Shown here piece by piece: positions 27,904 through 37,660 of a DNA stretch of 64,000 nucleotides (position 1 is the stretch's first letter; every line of letters begins with the position of its first letter). A program made the translations under genes and the position numbers. Under the pieces are notes generated by a model. The model saw nothing but the letters and a program-made list of their open reading frames with translations, did not search any database and was not told the DNA's origin. The stretch comes from Candidatus Aldehydirespiratoraceae bacterium. Its GTDB lineage: Bacteria; Actinomycetota; Acidimicrobiia; Acidimicrobiales; Aldehydirespiratoraceae. The stretch covers positions 810,527-874,526 of the forward strand of contig OZ244898.1 of assembly GCA_965221585.1 (NCBI GenBank), read 5' to 3'.

Positions 27904-28914
27904 ATGACCCATCGAGTGGGAATAGTGGGCGGAGACGGAATCGGCCCCGAAGTCGTCAAAGAGGGCTTGAAGGTCATCGCCGCGGCAGGTGTCGAGATCG
28001 ACGCGGTCGACTACGACCTCGGAGGCAGCCGCTACCTTCGTGACGGCGTCGTGCTGTCCGATGAGATCGTGGACGAATGGCGCGGGCTCGACGCCATCTA
28101 CCTCGGCGCTGTCGGAACCCCCGATGTGCCCCCTGGAGTCATCGAGCGGGGGCTGCTGTTGAAGATGCGCTTCGACCTCGACCTGTACATCAACTATCGG
28201 CCCTTCAGCTGCGGACCCGACAGCCCCAACACCAGCCCGGTCGCCGGCGGCGAGAACGCAGAGTTCGACTTTGTGGTGATCCGCGAGAACACGGAGGGCA
28301 CCTATGCAGGCGAAGGGGGATTCCTCCGCAAGGGCACGGACCGCGAGATCGCCACGCAGGGATCGGTCAACACGCGTGTCGGCGTCGAACGCTGCGTCCG
28401 TTACGCCTTCGATCTGGCGATGAAGCGACGCAGGCACCTGACTCTGGTTCACAAGACCAACGTGCTGACCTTCTCGGGTGATCTTTGGGAGCGGACCTTC
28501 AACGAGGTGGCCGAGGAGTATCCGGAGGTCGAAACGGCCTACAACCATGTCGACGCTGCCTGCATCTATTTCGTGGACGACCCGTTCCGCTACGACGTGA
28601 TCGTCACCGACAACCTGTTCGGCGACATCCTCACCGACCTCGGCGGCGCGGTAAGCGGCGGGATCGGCTTTGCGGCTTCGGCGAACCTGCATCCTGGCCG
28701 GGTCTCCATGTTTGAACCCGTCCACGGATCGGCCCCCGACATCGCCGGCACCGGCAGGGCCAACCCGGCGGCGGCCATCCTGTCGGCGGCTCTGATGCTC
28801 GACCATCTCGGCGAGGATTCGGCTGCTAGGCGGATCCGCAAAGCCTGCTCCAACCCAGAATCGCTTACTGGCTCAACCACTGAGATCGGCGATGTGATCG
28901 CCGCTCGCCTGTAG
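27904..28914 (+). CDS. leuB: 3-isopropylmalate dehydrogenase
   Basis: VGIVGGDGIGPEV, NLFGDILTDL and HGSAPDIAG motifs. Confidence 0.9.
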   Translation: MTHRVGIVGGDGIGPEVVKEGLKVIAAAGVEIDAVDYDLGGSRYLRDGVVLSDEIVDEWRGLDAIYLGAVGTPDVPPGVIERGLLLKMRFDLDLYINYRPFSCGPDSPNTSPVAGGENAEFDFVVIRENTEGTYAGEGGFLRKGTDREIATQGSVNTRVGVERCVRYAFDLAMKRRRHLTLVHKTNVLTFSGDLWERTFNEVAEEYPEVETAYNHVDAACIYFVDDPFRYDVIVTDNLFGDILTDLGGAVSGGIGFAASANLHPGRVSMFEPVHGSAPDIAGTGRANPAAAILSAALMLDHLGEDSAARRIRKACSNPESLTGSTTEIGDVIAARL

Positions 28915-28922
28915 GAGGCACA

Positions 28923-29840
28923 ATGCCCATAACCCCCACCCCCCACATCTGGATGAACGGCGAGATGGTGCCGTGGGAGGACGCGCAAATTCATGTGCTG
29001 TCCCACACGCTGCATTATGGAACCGGTGTGTTCGAGGGTATTCGCGCCTATGAGACCGCCGATGGACCGGCCATTTTCCGACTCACCGAGCACATCGAGC
29101 GTTTGTTCAACTCTGCCCGGATCATGAGTATGCCGATGCCCTACTCGGTTCCCGAGATCGTCCAGGCTTGCAAGGACGTGGTGGCTGACACCGGGCTGAG
29201 CAGCTGCTATCTGCGTCCGATCGCCTATTTTGGCTACGGCGAGATGGGCCTGTCGATCGAGCACTGTAAGACCGACATCGCCATCGCCGCCTGGCCCTGG
29301 GGCGCGTACCTCGGTGATGACGCTGCGACCAAGGGCGTGCGCATGAAGGTTTCTTCGTGGACTCGCCACGACCACAACATCATGCCTCCGGCGTCCAAGA
29401 CCACCGGCAACTATGCCAACTCGACGCTCGCGAAGATGGAGGCGCTCGCTGCCGGATACGACGAGGCGATCATGCTCAACGGCGCGGGTCTGGTCTCGGA
29501 GTGCAGCGGTGAGAACATCTTCGTGGGTCTCGGCGACGTCGTGCTGAGCCCGCCGACCTCGGCGGGGGCTTTGAAGGGGATAACCCAGGACACCGTGACA
29601 GCGCTGGCAGGCGACATGGGAATCGACATCGCGGTCGGGGAGATGTCCCGGAGCGACCTCTATATCGCGGACGAGATATTCGTTGTCGGTACTGCTGCTG
29701 AGGTCAGTGCGGTGAACTCTGTGGACGAGCGCGCCATTCCTTGCCCTGGTCCCGCCACCAAAGCGATCGCGGAGGCTTACGGCGAGGTTGTGCGGGGCAA
29801 GAACCCGAAGTATCGGTCGTGGAACGAGCTCGTGTCATGA
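28923..29840 (+). CDS. ilvE: branched-chain amino acid aminotransferase
   Basis: IWMNGEMVPWEDA, FEGIRAY and ENIFV...TPP-type motifs (class IV aminotransferase). Confidence 0.9.
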   Translation: MPITPTPHIWMNGEMVPWEDAQIHVLSHTLHYGTGVFEGIRAYETADGPAIFRLTEHIERLFNSARIMSMPMPYSVPEIVQACKDVVADTGLSSCYLRPIAYFGYGEMGLSIEHCKTDIAIAAWPWGAYLGDDAATKGVRMKVSSWTRHDHNIMPPASKTTGNYANSTLAKMEALAAGYDEAIMLNGAGLVSECSGENIFVGLGDVVLSPPTSAGALKGITQDTVTALAGDMGIDIAVGEMSRSDLYIADEIFVVGTAAEVSAVNSVDERAIPCPGPATKAIAEAYGEVVRGKNPKYRSWNELVS

Positions 29841-31483
29841 CCGATCCCGAGGTATCGATCGAACGCACTGGAGTTCGAGACCCGGCTTGGCCCAGCCATG
29901 TCGAGATCTATGACACCACTTTGCGTGACGGTTCACAGCTGGAGGGGATCTCTCTCACCGTTGACGACAAGTTGCGGATCGCGGAGCAGCTCGACCTGCT
30001 CGGCGTCGCCTATATCGAGGGTGGTTACCCTGGCGCCAACCCCAAGGACGACGAGTTCTTCGAGCGAGCCAAGACCGAGCTGCACCTCGAGACGAGCAAG
30101 TTCGTTGCTTTCGGCTCGACTCGGCGCCCCCGCGGCAGGGTTGACTCAGACGACTCGCTGGCCAGGCTTGTGGCTGCCGGGACCGAGGTCGTCTGCATCG
30201 TCGGCAAGTGTTGGGACTATCACGTGACCGAGGCGCTCGGCACGACCCTCGACGAGGGTGTGGCGATGGTTGCCGACTCTGTCGCCTTCCTTGCCAATTC
30301 CGGCAAGCGGGTGTTCTTCGATGCTGAGCACTTCTTCGACGGCTACAAGCGCAATCCCGAGTTCAGCCTCAGGGTGCTCGAGGAGGCTGCGATCGCCGGC
30401 GTTGAAGCCGTGGTGTTGTGTGACACCAACGGTGGGTCGCTTCCGCCCGAGATCGAACGGGCAGTCTCGGCTGTGATCGCCCATGTGGACTGCGGTGTCG
30501 GCATCCACCTTCACAACGACACTGGCTGCGGCGTCGCCAATGCCCTCGCCGCGGTGCGTGCCGGAGCTACCCAGGTCCAGGGCACGATCAACGGCTATGG
30601 CGAGCGGGTCGGCAACTGTGACCTGGTGCCGATCATGGCCAACCTTGAGCTGAAGATGGGGATCACGTGCCTTCCCGAGCATCGGATCACTCGTTTGACC
30701 TCGGTGTCGCACCACATCGCTGAGTTGGTCAATTTCACTCCCGATGCCCAGCAGCCCTATGTGGGCTCCTCGGCGTTCGCGCACAAGGCCGGTCTTCACA
30801 CCAGTGCTTTGAACAGGCGGCCCGATGCCTACGAACATGTTCCGCCCGAAGCGGTGGGTAACGGCACTCGGATCGTCGTCTCGGAGATGGCTGGACGCTC
30901 GACTCTGGCGATGAAGGCCAAGAACCTGGGCCTTGAGATCGACGGGAAGGTACTCGGCGACGTTGTCGAGACGCTCAAGCGGCTCGAGCATCTGGGTTAT
31001 CACTTCGAGGTTGCTGATGCTTCCCTCGAGTTGCTGATGCGCGGAGCGGCGGGTTGGGAGCAGCCCTATTTCACGCTCGAGTCGTTCTCGGTCGACATGG
31101 CCCATCGTTCCGGCACGGGTGCGCGCCTGTGGAACGATGTAGCGGTCGATGTCGAGACTGAGGCCACGGTCAAGATCTGGGTCGACGGCGAACGCAGGAT
31201 CGCCGTTGGAGAGGGCAACGGGCCGGTCAATGCGCTCGACGCGGCAGTCCGTTCGGCTCTGAACGGTCGCTACCCGGAGATTGACCGGGTGTCGCTGACG
31301 GATTTCAAGGTCCGGGTCCTCAACACCGAGCAGGGGACCGGAGCAGTCACCCGGGTGCTGCTCGACAGCACCAACGGCGAGCGCTCGTGGTCGACCATCG
31401 GTGTATCTGAGAACATCATCGAGGCGTCCTGGCAGGCCCTGATCGACTCATTGGTCTACGGCCTGCTGGTAGCCGAGGGCTGA
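29837..31483 (+). CDS. cimA: citramalate synthase (LeuA-related, CimA type)
   Basis: The ATG at 29837 overlaps the ilvE stop (ATGA). VEIYDTTLRDGSQLEGISLTVDDKLRIA, HLHNDTGCGVANALAAV, and a C-terminal LeuA-dimer/regulatory domain. Confidence 0.8.
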   Translation: MTDPEVSIERTGVRDPAWPSHVEIYDTTLRDGSQLEGISLTVDDKLRIAEQLDLLGVAYIEGGYPGANPKDDEFFERAKTELHLETSKFVAFGSTRRPRGRVDSDDSLARLVAAGTEVVCIVGKCWDYHVTEALGTTLDEGVAMVADSVAFLANSGKRVFFDAEHFFDGYKRNPEFSLRVLEEAAIAGVEAVVLCDTNGGSLPPEIERAVSAVIAHVDCGVGIHLHNDTGCGVANALAAVRAGATQVQGTINGYGERVGNCDLVPIMANLELKMGITCLPEHRITRLTSVSHHIAELVNFTPDAQQPYVGSSAFAHKAGLHTSALNRRPDAYEHVPPEAVGNGTRIVVSEMAGRSTLAMKAKNLGLEIDGKVLGDVVETLKRLEHLGYHFEVADASLELLMRGAAGWEQPYFTLESFSVDMAHRSGTGARLWNDVAVDVETEATVKIWVDGERRIAVGEGNGPVNALDAAVRSALNGRYPEIDRVSLTDFKVRVLNTEQGTGAVTRVLLDSTNGERSWSTIGVSENIIEASWQALIDSLVYGLLVAEG

Positions 31484-31540
31484 CTCGGCGGCCCGGCACC
31501 GGCTGAGTCCGGCTCCGGCTACGCCCGGCGATAGCAAGGT

Positions 31541-33850
31541 TCAGTACAGGACGCCGGCGGATTCGAGGCGTTCAAGTTCGTCGTCATCGATGCCGAGCAC
31601 TTCGCGCAGCACCTCGTGGGTGTGATGCCCCAGCGGGGGAGCAGACTCGGCGGTGCGCAGCACGGTGCGTGACATTCGGGTGGGGTTGGCGGGTTGCTGC
31701 TCAGGCCCGTGTACCGCGTGGATCAGATCGTCCATCAGTCCCCGCTCGCACAGGTGCGGGTCGGCCAGGTGGTCGAGCGGACCCATCACCGGCATCGCCG
31801 ACACGCCGACCTCCTGGAGCATCTCGGCGGTCTGCTCAACAGACCTCAGCGACGTCCACTCGCTCAGTCGCTGGTCGAGCGCGTCATGGGCGGCGAATCG
31901 AGCTTCAACATTGCTGAGGGTCTCGTCGGGGGTCCAACCGGCGGTCTGCTCAAGCGCACGCCATGCGTCGTCGCTCTGCACTGTGATGGCGACCCAGCTG
32001 TCGTCTTCTGAACCGGGATAGACGCCTTGCGGAGCCATGTGCGGATCTCGGTTGGCGAGGTTCACGGGGTTCACGCCGGTCTCGATCGCCTCGAGATAGA
32101 GCTCGCCGAGCAGGTATGCGGCGGCCTCGGTCTGTGCCATCTCAACGAAGGAACCCTCACCGGTTCGATCTCGATGGTCGAGAGCGCACAAGACGCCCAC
32201 GGTCAACATTTTCGAGGCGATGTGGTCGGGATGGTTAAGAGAGGTGCCACACGGATAGGGGCCGTCGGGATGGCTCCACAACAAGTGAACACCCGCGAAA
32301 GCCGAGTTCAGCGGCCCGAACGCTTTCATTTCTCCCATGGGTCCGCCACGCCCGTACCCCTGCGAGGCCACGTAGACCACGCTGGGGTTGACAGCGGCGA
32401 TGTCCGGATAGTCGAGGCCGAGCTTGGCCATCACTCCGCCGCGGTTGTTCTCGGCAACCACGTCGGCCGAGGCGCAGAGATCTTTGGCCAGTTGCCGTCC
32501 GTCGGCCGTTGTCAGATCCAGGGCTATGCCCCGGCGACCTCTGCACTCCATGTTGAAGCAGAAGGACCTGTCGAGGTTGTCGAGACCGGCAGCGCGGAGC
32601 ACATCAGGTTTCTTGCGGGACTCGATCTTGATGACGTCCGCTCCGAGGTCTGAGAGCATCCAGCACAGCTCGGGCACCACCGCGGCGATCCCGAATTCGA
32701 TGACCCGCACTCCTTCGAGCAGCAGTCCGTTGCTGTCGCGGGCGCGGGTACTGGGCACACGTGGCACGGCGGCTGGTGCTGCTGTTGGCGCATCAGCGTC
32801 GCCTGGCGGAGCTTGGAATCTCCAGAGGCGGCTGGCCACCCCATCGACGAAGAAGCCTCGTTCGGTGGTCTGTGGATGGTTCACGAACTCCAACGGATGC
32901 TGGATGGAACCCAGTGGCAGCCCAAGACGCTGCGACTCCTCGAACAGTTCAGACCGACCGCGATCTGCGAAGGATCGAGTCGCTACTTCGCGGATGACGT
33001 TCATGTTCAGGACGCGGTGAACGCGGTCGTTCCACTCGTCGCCCGCGATTTCGGTGGGCGCACCGCAGAGTTCCACGAATGCCTTCCAGTCAGCTTCGCT
33101 GCCGAACACCATCCGGACATGGCCGTCGCGGCAGGGTACGACTACGTAGAAGCCCTCGGCATTGCGCTTCCCCTCAACGGGAAGTACAGGGTTGATCGAC
33201 AGGTACCCGGGGATCGCCACTCCCCACGGGTAGGTCCCACCGAGCCCTGCCTCCTGCGAACTCGCCTCGATCTGTTGGCCGAGGCCGGTGCGGCGACGGT
33301 CCATCAGAGCCGCGACCGCTGCCATCGCACCGTGCACGGAAGCGCAGTCGTGGGCCAGGTATCCGGGCAGGGCGGTGGGGAGTAGCGACGGATGACCTGT
33401 CGCGTGAAGCGCACCGCAGGCTGCCTGGGCGGGGAGCGATTCCAGATGCCAGTGTGAGCGTGGACCGCTCAGACCGAGGTCGGTGAGGCTGACGATCACG
33501 AGTTGCGGGAATCGGGTTTCGAGCGCGGGGCGGTCCAGTTCGGAACGAGGCCCTTGGTTCTCGATGAACACGTCGACGAGCGGCAGCAATTCGGGGAGTC
33601 CCTGACCGGGCGCAGCGGGGACCTTGCCGTGGTTGCGGTAGCGGTCGGCGGCGGAGTCGTCGTCGTTGTCGTTCAGCCGGATCACATGCGCGCCGAGGTC
33701 AGCGAGGATTCGCCCGCAGAGCGCACCGCGCCGGTCCGTGGTGTCGAGCACCTTGAACTCGGCGAGGGGCTGATCGATCACCGTTGGAGTCTCGCGTGCC
33801 GAGCGTGGAGGTACAACGTTTCGGTGATTCTCGCTACGCTTACCGGCCAT
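31541..33850 (-). CDS. tandem-fused family III CoA-transferase (two CaiB/BaiF modules in one polypeptide)
   Basis: Module 1: FKVLDTTDRRGALCGRILADLGAHVIRL. Module 2: LEGVRVIEFGIAAVVPELCWMLSDLGADVIKIE. The start is trimmed to the ATG at 33850. Confidence 0.75.
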   Translation of the reverse strand: MAGKRSENHRNVVPPRSARETPTVIDQPLAEFKVLDTTDRRGALCGRILADLGAHVIRLNDNDDDSAADRYRNHGKVPAAPGQGLPELLPLVDVFIENQGPRSELDRPALETRFPQLVIVSLTDLGLSGPRSHWHLESLPAQAACGALHATGHPSLLPTALPGYLAHDCASVHGAMAAVAALMDRRRTGLGQQIEASSQEAGLGGTYPWGVAIPGYLSINPVLPVEGKRNAEGFYVVVPCRDGHVRMVFGSEADWKAFVELCGAPTEIAGDEWNDRVHRVLNMNVIREVATRSFADRGRSELFEESQRLGLPLGSIQHPLEFVNHPQTTERGFFVDGVASRLWRFQAPPGDADAPTAAPAAVPRVPSTRARDSNGLLLEGVRVIEFGIAAVVPELCWMLSDLGADVIKIESRKKPDVLRAAGLDNLDRSFCFNMECRGRRGIALDLTTADGRQLAKDLCASADVVAENNRGGVMAKLGLDYPDIAAVNPSVVYVASQGYGRGGPMGEMKAFGPLNSAFAGVHLLWSHPDGPYPCGTSLNHPDHIASKMLTVGVLCALDHRDRTGEGSFVEMAQTEAAAYLLGELYLEAIETGVNPVNLANRDPHMAPQGVYPGSEDDSWVAITVQSDDAWRALEQTAGWTPDETLSNVEARFAAHDALDQRLSEWTSLRSVEQTAEMLQEVGVSAMPVMGPLDHLADPHLCERGLMDDLIHAVHGPEQQPANPTRMSRTVLRTAESAPPLGHHTHEVLREVLGIDDDELERLESAGVLY

Positions 33851-34370
33851 GTCGGCGCCGAGGCATTTCCCGAGCAGGGTCGATGGACCCAAAGCCTATG
33901 TTTCTGCGCCGCGTCGTGCGGGCAGTTGGCTGGCGAATCGGCCGGGCGAGGTTGTTGGCGGACCCCAGCCCTCGGGTCCGGCGGTCGGCAACCAGGGTCC
34001 CGACCAGGGCTATGTCCACAAGCTCGCTAGGCGTTTCGAAGCTGAGCTTGTGCTGCGCGAGGGAGAGCACGCGGCTGATGTGTTGGAGGGCGCCTGTGCG
34101 GTTGCGCTGCGCCGCGCGTCGTTGTTCGGACGGGCTCCTGTTGCCGATGATCTGCGGGTGGCGCTGGTGGTGTTCGGCTATCTCGGTGAGGCCGCCGATG
34201 AGCTTGTGGCGTTCCGCCGGCCGTTGTTCGAGGAGTTGCACCACTTGTCGTTCCACTACTTCACGGCGCGCGAGATCGCCGATCTTGTTCCTGAGGCGAC
34301 ATTGCGAATGGGCCCGGCGGCGGTGGCCTCAGCGTGTGCTGATGATTGGAGCGCTCCCCTCGGGCTCTAG
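33849..34370 (+). CDS. hypothetical protein (start very uncertain, possibly around 34050)
   Basis: The plus frame has G-rich first codon positions and an Ala/Leu/Val/Glu-rich product, whereas the fully antisense ORF is Arg/Gln/His-rich. No recognisable motif. Confidence 0.3.
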   Translation: MSAPRHFPSRVDGPKAYVSAPRRAGSWLANRPGEVVGGPQPSGPAVGNQGPDQGYVHKLARRFEAELVLREGEHAADVLEGACAVALRRASLFGRAPVADDLRVALVVFGYLGEAADELVAFRRPLFEELHHLSFHYFTAREIADLVPEATLRMGPAAVASACADDWSAPLGL

Positions 34371-34464
34371 ACGCCTGTGCTCAGTGCGGTTGCTTGCCAA
34401 TGCCCGCGGCATAGCTTCACGGGTGCCATCGCGTGCTGACCGGCGACGATTAGCCTGAGGCTTC

Positions 34465-35865
34465 ATGCAGGCTCCGCGGGTTCGCTTTGCGCCGGCACCG
34501 ACTGGCTACCTCCATGTGGGGAGTGCCCGTTCAGCTCTGTTCAACTGGCTCTTTGCTCGGCGTCACGGCGGGCAGTTCGTGTTGCGGGTCGAAGACACCG
34601 ACGAGTCGAAGAAATCTCAGGAGTTCGTTGATGCGATCGTTGAGCCGCTGCGTTGGCTCGGACTTGACTGGGACGAGGGCCCGTACTTCCAGTCGGACCG
34701 CAAACACGCCCATGAGGCCGCGATCGAGCAGCTGATCGAGGATGGCAAGGCCTACTTCTGCGATCTGAGCGCGGCGGATTCTCAGCGCCTGTCGGCCGAG
34801 GCAGGTCTGCGCGAGGGCTATCACGGCTGGTCGCGTGATCGGAATGTGGTTGACGGTGACGGGGTCGTGGTCCGGTTCCGCGTGCCTGATGAGGGTTCAA
34901 CGGTCGTTGATGACCTGATACGTGGTCGGGTTGAGGTCCCCCATGACACGATCGACGATTTCGTGATCCGGCGCGGCGACGGCTCACCGGTGTTCTTCAT
35001 TGCCAACGCGGTCGATGACCATGACATGGGGATCAGCCATGTGATCCGGGGCGAGGACCTGCTCAACACCACGCCCAAGGTCAAGCTGCTGTGGGAAGCA
35101 CTCGGCTATGGCCCGACACCGAGTTATGCCCATCTGCCTCTGCTTGTCAACGAGCAGCGCAAGAAGCTGTCGAAGCGTCGTGACAGCGTGGCCCTCTCGG
35201 AGTTCGTCGCTGACGGTTATCTTCCCGAAGCGATGCTGAACGCCCTGGCGCTGCTGGGATGGGGTCCACCCGATGAGATCGAGATTCGCCCGATTTCCGA
35301 GATCGTCTCTCTGTTCTCGCTTGAAGCGGTCAACAAGGGATCGGCCTATTTCGACCTAGCGAAACTCCGCCATATCAACAACGCCTATATTCGCGCTCTG
35401 ACGCCGGCCGAGTTTGTGGCCGCGGCGGGGCGGTGGCTTCCGGGCCACTACGACCTTGGGGTTGTGGAGGCGCTGGCACCGGAGGTACAGCAGCGCATCT
35501 CGGTGCTTTCTGAGGCACCGGCGTGGCTCGATTGGCTCTTTGTCGACGAGATAGGCGAATACGACGAGAAGGCTTGGAACAAGGCGATGGTCAAGGGTCA
35601 AGCAGCAGAGACGGTCCTCGCGGAACTCGCGGCTGTGCTCGAAACCAATCCGTTCGACGACCCTGCGCTGTTGGAGGCGTCCGTGTTGGAGGTCGGCAAT
35701 CGTCTCAGCGAGGAACTCGGCGCCCGAGTCATGTCGCAGGCACCCTTGCGGATCGCTCTCACCGGCAGCGGCGCCGGCATCCCGCTTTGGGAAGCGATGA
35801 CTCATCTGGGCAGGGAGAAGACTCTGTCTCGTATCGCCGCGGCCCGAAGCCGTCTCGCAGGCTGA
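34465..35865 (+). CDS. gltX: glutamate--tRNA ligase
   Basis: RFAPAPTGYLHVGSARSALFNW (HIGH region), KLSKRR (KMSKS). tRNA-Gln and tRNA-Glu lie downstream, as is usual in actinobacteria. Confidence 0.95.
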   Translation: MQAPRVRFAPAPTGYLHVGSARSALFNWLFARRHGGQFVLRVEDTDESKKSQEFVDAIVEPLRWLGLDWDEGPYFQSDRKHAHEAAIEQLIEDGKAYFCDLSAADSQRLSAEAGLREGYHGWSRDRNVVDGDGVVVRFRVPDEGSTVVDDLIRGRVEVPHDTIDDFVIRRGDGSPVFFIANAVDDHDMGISHVIRGEDLLNTTPKVKLLWEALGYGPTPSYAHLPLLVNEQRKKLSKRRDSVALSEFVADGYLPEAMLNALALLGWGPPDEIEIRPISEIVSLFSLEAVNKGSAYFDLAKLRHINNAYIRALTPAEFVAAAGRWLPGHYDLGVVEALAPEVQQRISVLSEAPAWLDWLFVDEIGEYDEKAWNKAMVKGQAAETVLAELAAVLETNPFDDPALLEASVLEVGNRLSEELGARVMSQAPLRIALTGSGAGIPLWEAMTHLGREKTLSRIAAARSRLAG

Positions 35866-35869
35866 GCCG

Positions 35870-36499
35870 ATGTTGCGCGGACGGCGTGGTTGGCTGTCTG
35901 CTAGGCGAGTCATCTGGGCCGTATTGATCATGGGGACCCTTGTCGTCAGCTATGTGGTCATCAACTTCATTCAGGTGCGGATGAATCTCGACGTCGACGA
36001 TCGAGGTCCGGGCGACGCCATTGTTGTGATGGGTGCGGCGCAGTACGACGGCAGGCCGTCGCCGGTGCTGGCCAGACGCTTGGACCATGCGTTGGAACTC
36101 TGGAATGACGGAGCGGCTCCTTTCATTGTGACGACTGGCTCCAAGCAGGAAGGCGACCGTTTCACCGAGGGCTTCACTGGGTTCGAGTACCTCCTTGAAG
36201 CCGGCGTGCCCGAAGCTGCGCTTCTGTTGGTGACCGACGGCGCTTCTAGCTGGGAGCAGATGTCGGCCACGGCCCAGGTGCTTCGCGACCGTGGTCTGTC
36301 GTCGGTGGTGGTGGTGTCTGATCCGTACCATTCGCTGCGCCTTGCCCAGATTTCTAAGGAGGCTGGCCTCGATGCACACATTTCGCCGACCGATGGCGAA
36401 GCGTCCTTCAGGCAGTTGGCGCGTGAGACCGCTGCCGTGTCGTTCGGGCGGATCCTCAGTTACAGACGTGTCGACAACTGGTTCGGCAACGCCAACTGA
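35870..36499 (+). CDS. YdcF/ElyC (DUF218) family protein
   Basis: N-terminal TM helix, VVMGAAQYDGRPSPVLARRLDHALELW and VSDPYHSLR. Confidence 0.75.
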   Translation: MLRGRRGWLSARRVIWAVLIMGTLVVSYVVINFIQVRMNLDVDDRGPGDAIVVMGAAQYDGRPSPVLARRLDHALELWNDGAAPFIVTTGSKQEGDRFTEGFTGFEYLLEAGVPEAALLLVTDGASSWEQMSATAQVLRDRGLSSVVVVSDPYHSLRLAQISKEAGLDAHISPTDGEASFRQLARETAAVSFGRILSYRRVDNWFGNAN

Positions 36500-36586
36500 T
36501 CTGTGCCGGATCGCGTCGCTGCGTTGTTCGTGTCGGCAGAATTCTGTGTGCGTCGGGTGCTCAACCGGGTACGATGCGGTCTCCCT

Positions 36587-36658
36587 TCGGGGATGGTGTA
36601 ATTGGCAACACATCTGGTTCTGGTCCAGACATTGGGGGTTCAAGTCCTCCTCCCCGAG
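36587..36658 (+). tRNA. tRNA-Gln (anticodon CTG)
   Basis: Folded by hand. Acceptor TCGGGGA/TCCCCGA, D stem GTGT/ACAC, anticodon stem TCTGG/CCAGA with loop TTCTGGT, T arm GGGGG-TTCAAGT-CCTCC. 72 nt; CCA is not encoded. Confidence 0.85.
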
Positions 36659-36735
36659 CTTTTGATTCCAGCCGCGCGAGGGCCTACGGCCACGGTTACA
36701 CTCGTGCGGTCGCGGATCGCTTCGGCGATGAGCCT

Positions 36736-36811
36736 GCCCCGTTCGTCTAGCGGCCTAGGACGCCACCCTCTCAAGGTGGTAGCACGGGTTCAAATCCCGT
36801 ACGGGGTACCA
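36736..36811 (+). tRNA. tRNA-Glu (anticodon CTC), CCA encoded
   Basis: Acceptor GCCCCGT/ACGGGGT, anticodon stem CCACC/GGTGG with loop CTCTCAA, T arm CGGGTTCAAATCCCG, 3-prime ACCA. Confidence 0.85.
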
Positions 36812-36815
36812 CGTT

Positions 36816-37133
36816 CTACTCGACGGGGGGTTGGTGGGCGTCCTGAAGTAGGCGCTTGAGGACCTTGCCGGCGGGGTTGCGGGGGAGCGACGATCGCCGC
36901 AACGACCCGCTCACCGGTGCGATCATCGGGGACACCGAACACCGCGACGTCAGCCACATCGAGCCAGGTGAACAGCAGGTCCTCAACCTCCTTGGTCGAG
37001 ATGTTCTCGCCATGGCGGATGATGATGTCCTTGAGGCGTCCGGTGATCGTCACGTAGCCCTCGTCGTCGATGATGCTGAGATCGCCGGTGCGGAAGCAGC
37101 CGTCGCTGTCGAAGGTCCCGCATCGAGGGTTGT
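36816..37133 (-). pseudogene. relic of the 3-prime end of an AMP-dependent ligase gene (degraded duplicate of 38462-38886)
   Basis: About 90 percent identical by eye to the 3-prime 425 bp of the intact ligase gene, with an internal deletion of roughly 105 bp and a frame break. The homologous peptides FRTGDL..ITGRLKDIIIRHGENIS.KEVEDLLFTW and LPRNPAGKVLKRLLQD now lie in two different frames. Confidence 0.75.
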
Positions 37134-37150
37134 GGAGCAACCGTGATGCG

Positions 37151-37657
37151 TTACCACCAGTCGTCGAAAGGACGCCTTGCGGTCTGTTGTGCGGTTGCGC
37201 CGCGTGGGAACCATGCCAGTTCGCGGTTGCCGCCCGCTGCTGCGGACCGATAGTCGACACCGTCAAGGCCGGCCTCGAAGACCGCTGCACCGATGCGCTG
37301 ACAGTCTTTGTGGGGGATGGGACTGCTGTCGGTGTCATGGGGGTAGGTACTCGGCAGGTGCAGCGAAGCGAGCCCGTCGTCGCTGTAGGCGTCGGCAGCC
37401 TGCCCGTCGGGGACGACTACATCCAGCAGCACAGGCGCGGTCGCGGGGTCGAGGTCTTCGGGACCGTAGGGCAGATCATGGAAGCGGCGCGCGACGTTGG
37501 CTCGGGCGGTAGCCACGTCCCGATTCAGATACAGGCACTCCATCCCCGGGGGGTTCCAGCGCTGCCCCTGGGCCGCGGCATACGAGGGATCCAGCGGGTC
37601 GGCCCATTCCGGGTCAGCGACCCGGCAGTAGGTGCCATTGATCGCGACGGTCTTCAT
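37151..37657 (-). CDS. RES domain toxin (MbcT/PrsT-like NAD-targeting toxin family)
   Basis: GQRWNPPGMECLYL (Arg motif) and GVDYRSAAAGGNRELAWF (Ser motif). It lies 3 nt downstream of an Xre/DUF2384 antitoxin gene. Confidence 0.8.
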   Translation of the reverse strand: MKTVAINGTYCRVADPEWADPLDPSYAAAQGQRWNPPGMECLYLNRDVATARANVARRFHDLPYGPEDLDPATAPVLLDVVVPDGQAADAYSDDGLASLHLPSTYPHDTDSSPIPHKDCQRIGAAVFEAGLDGVDYRSAAAGGNRELAWFPRGATAQQTARRPFDDWW

Positions 37658-37660
37658 TGC

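Noticed and set aside
33840-34256. 138-aa minus-strand ORF upstream of the tandem CoA-transferase
   Set aside because: It is the exact antisense frame of the plus-strand ORF 33849-34370. Its product is Arg/Gln/His/Thr-rich, and first-codon-position G enrichment favours the plus frame. Neither ORF has a recognisable motif, so only the plus ORF is listed, at low confidence.
36790-37338. 182-aa ORF that looks like a small gene next to tRNA-Glu
   Set aside because: It is a chimera. Its C-terminal part is the decayed duplicate of the ligase 3-prime end, its tail runs backwards through tRNA-Glu, and its N-terminal part is antisense or out-of-frame over the RES toxin gene. It is annotated as a pseudogene fragment (36816-37133) instead.
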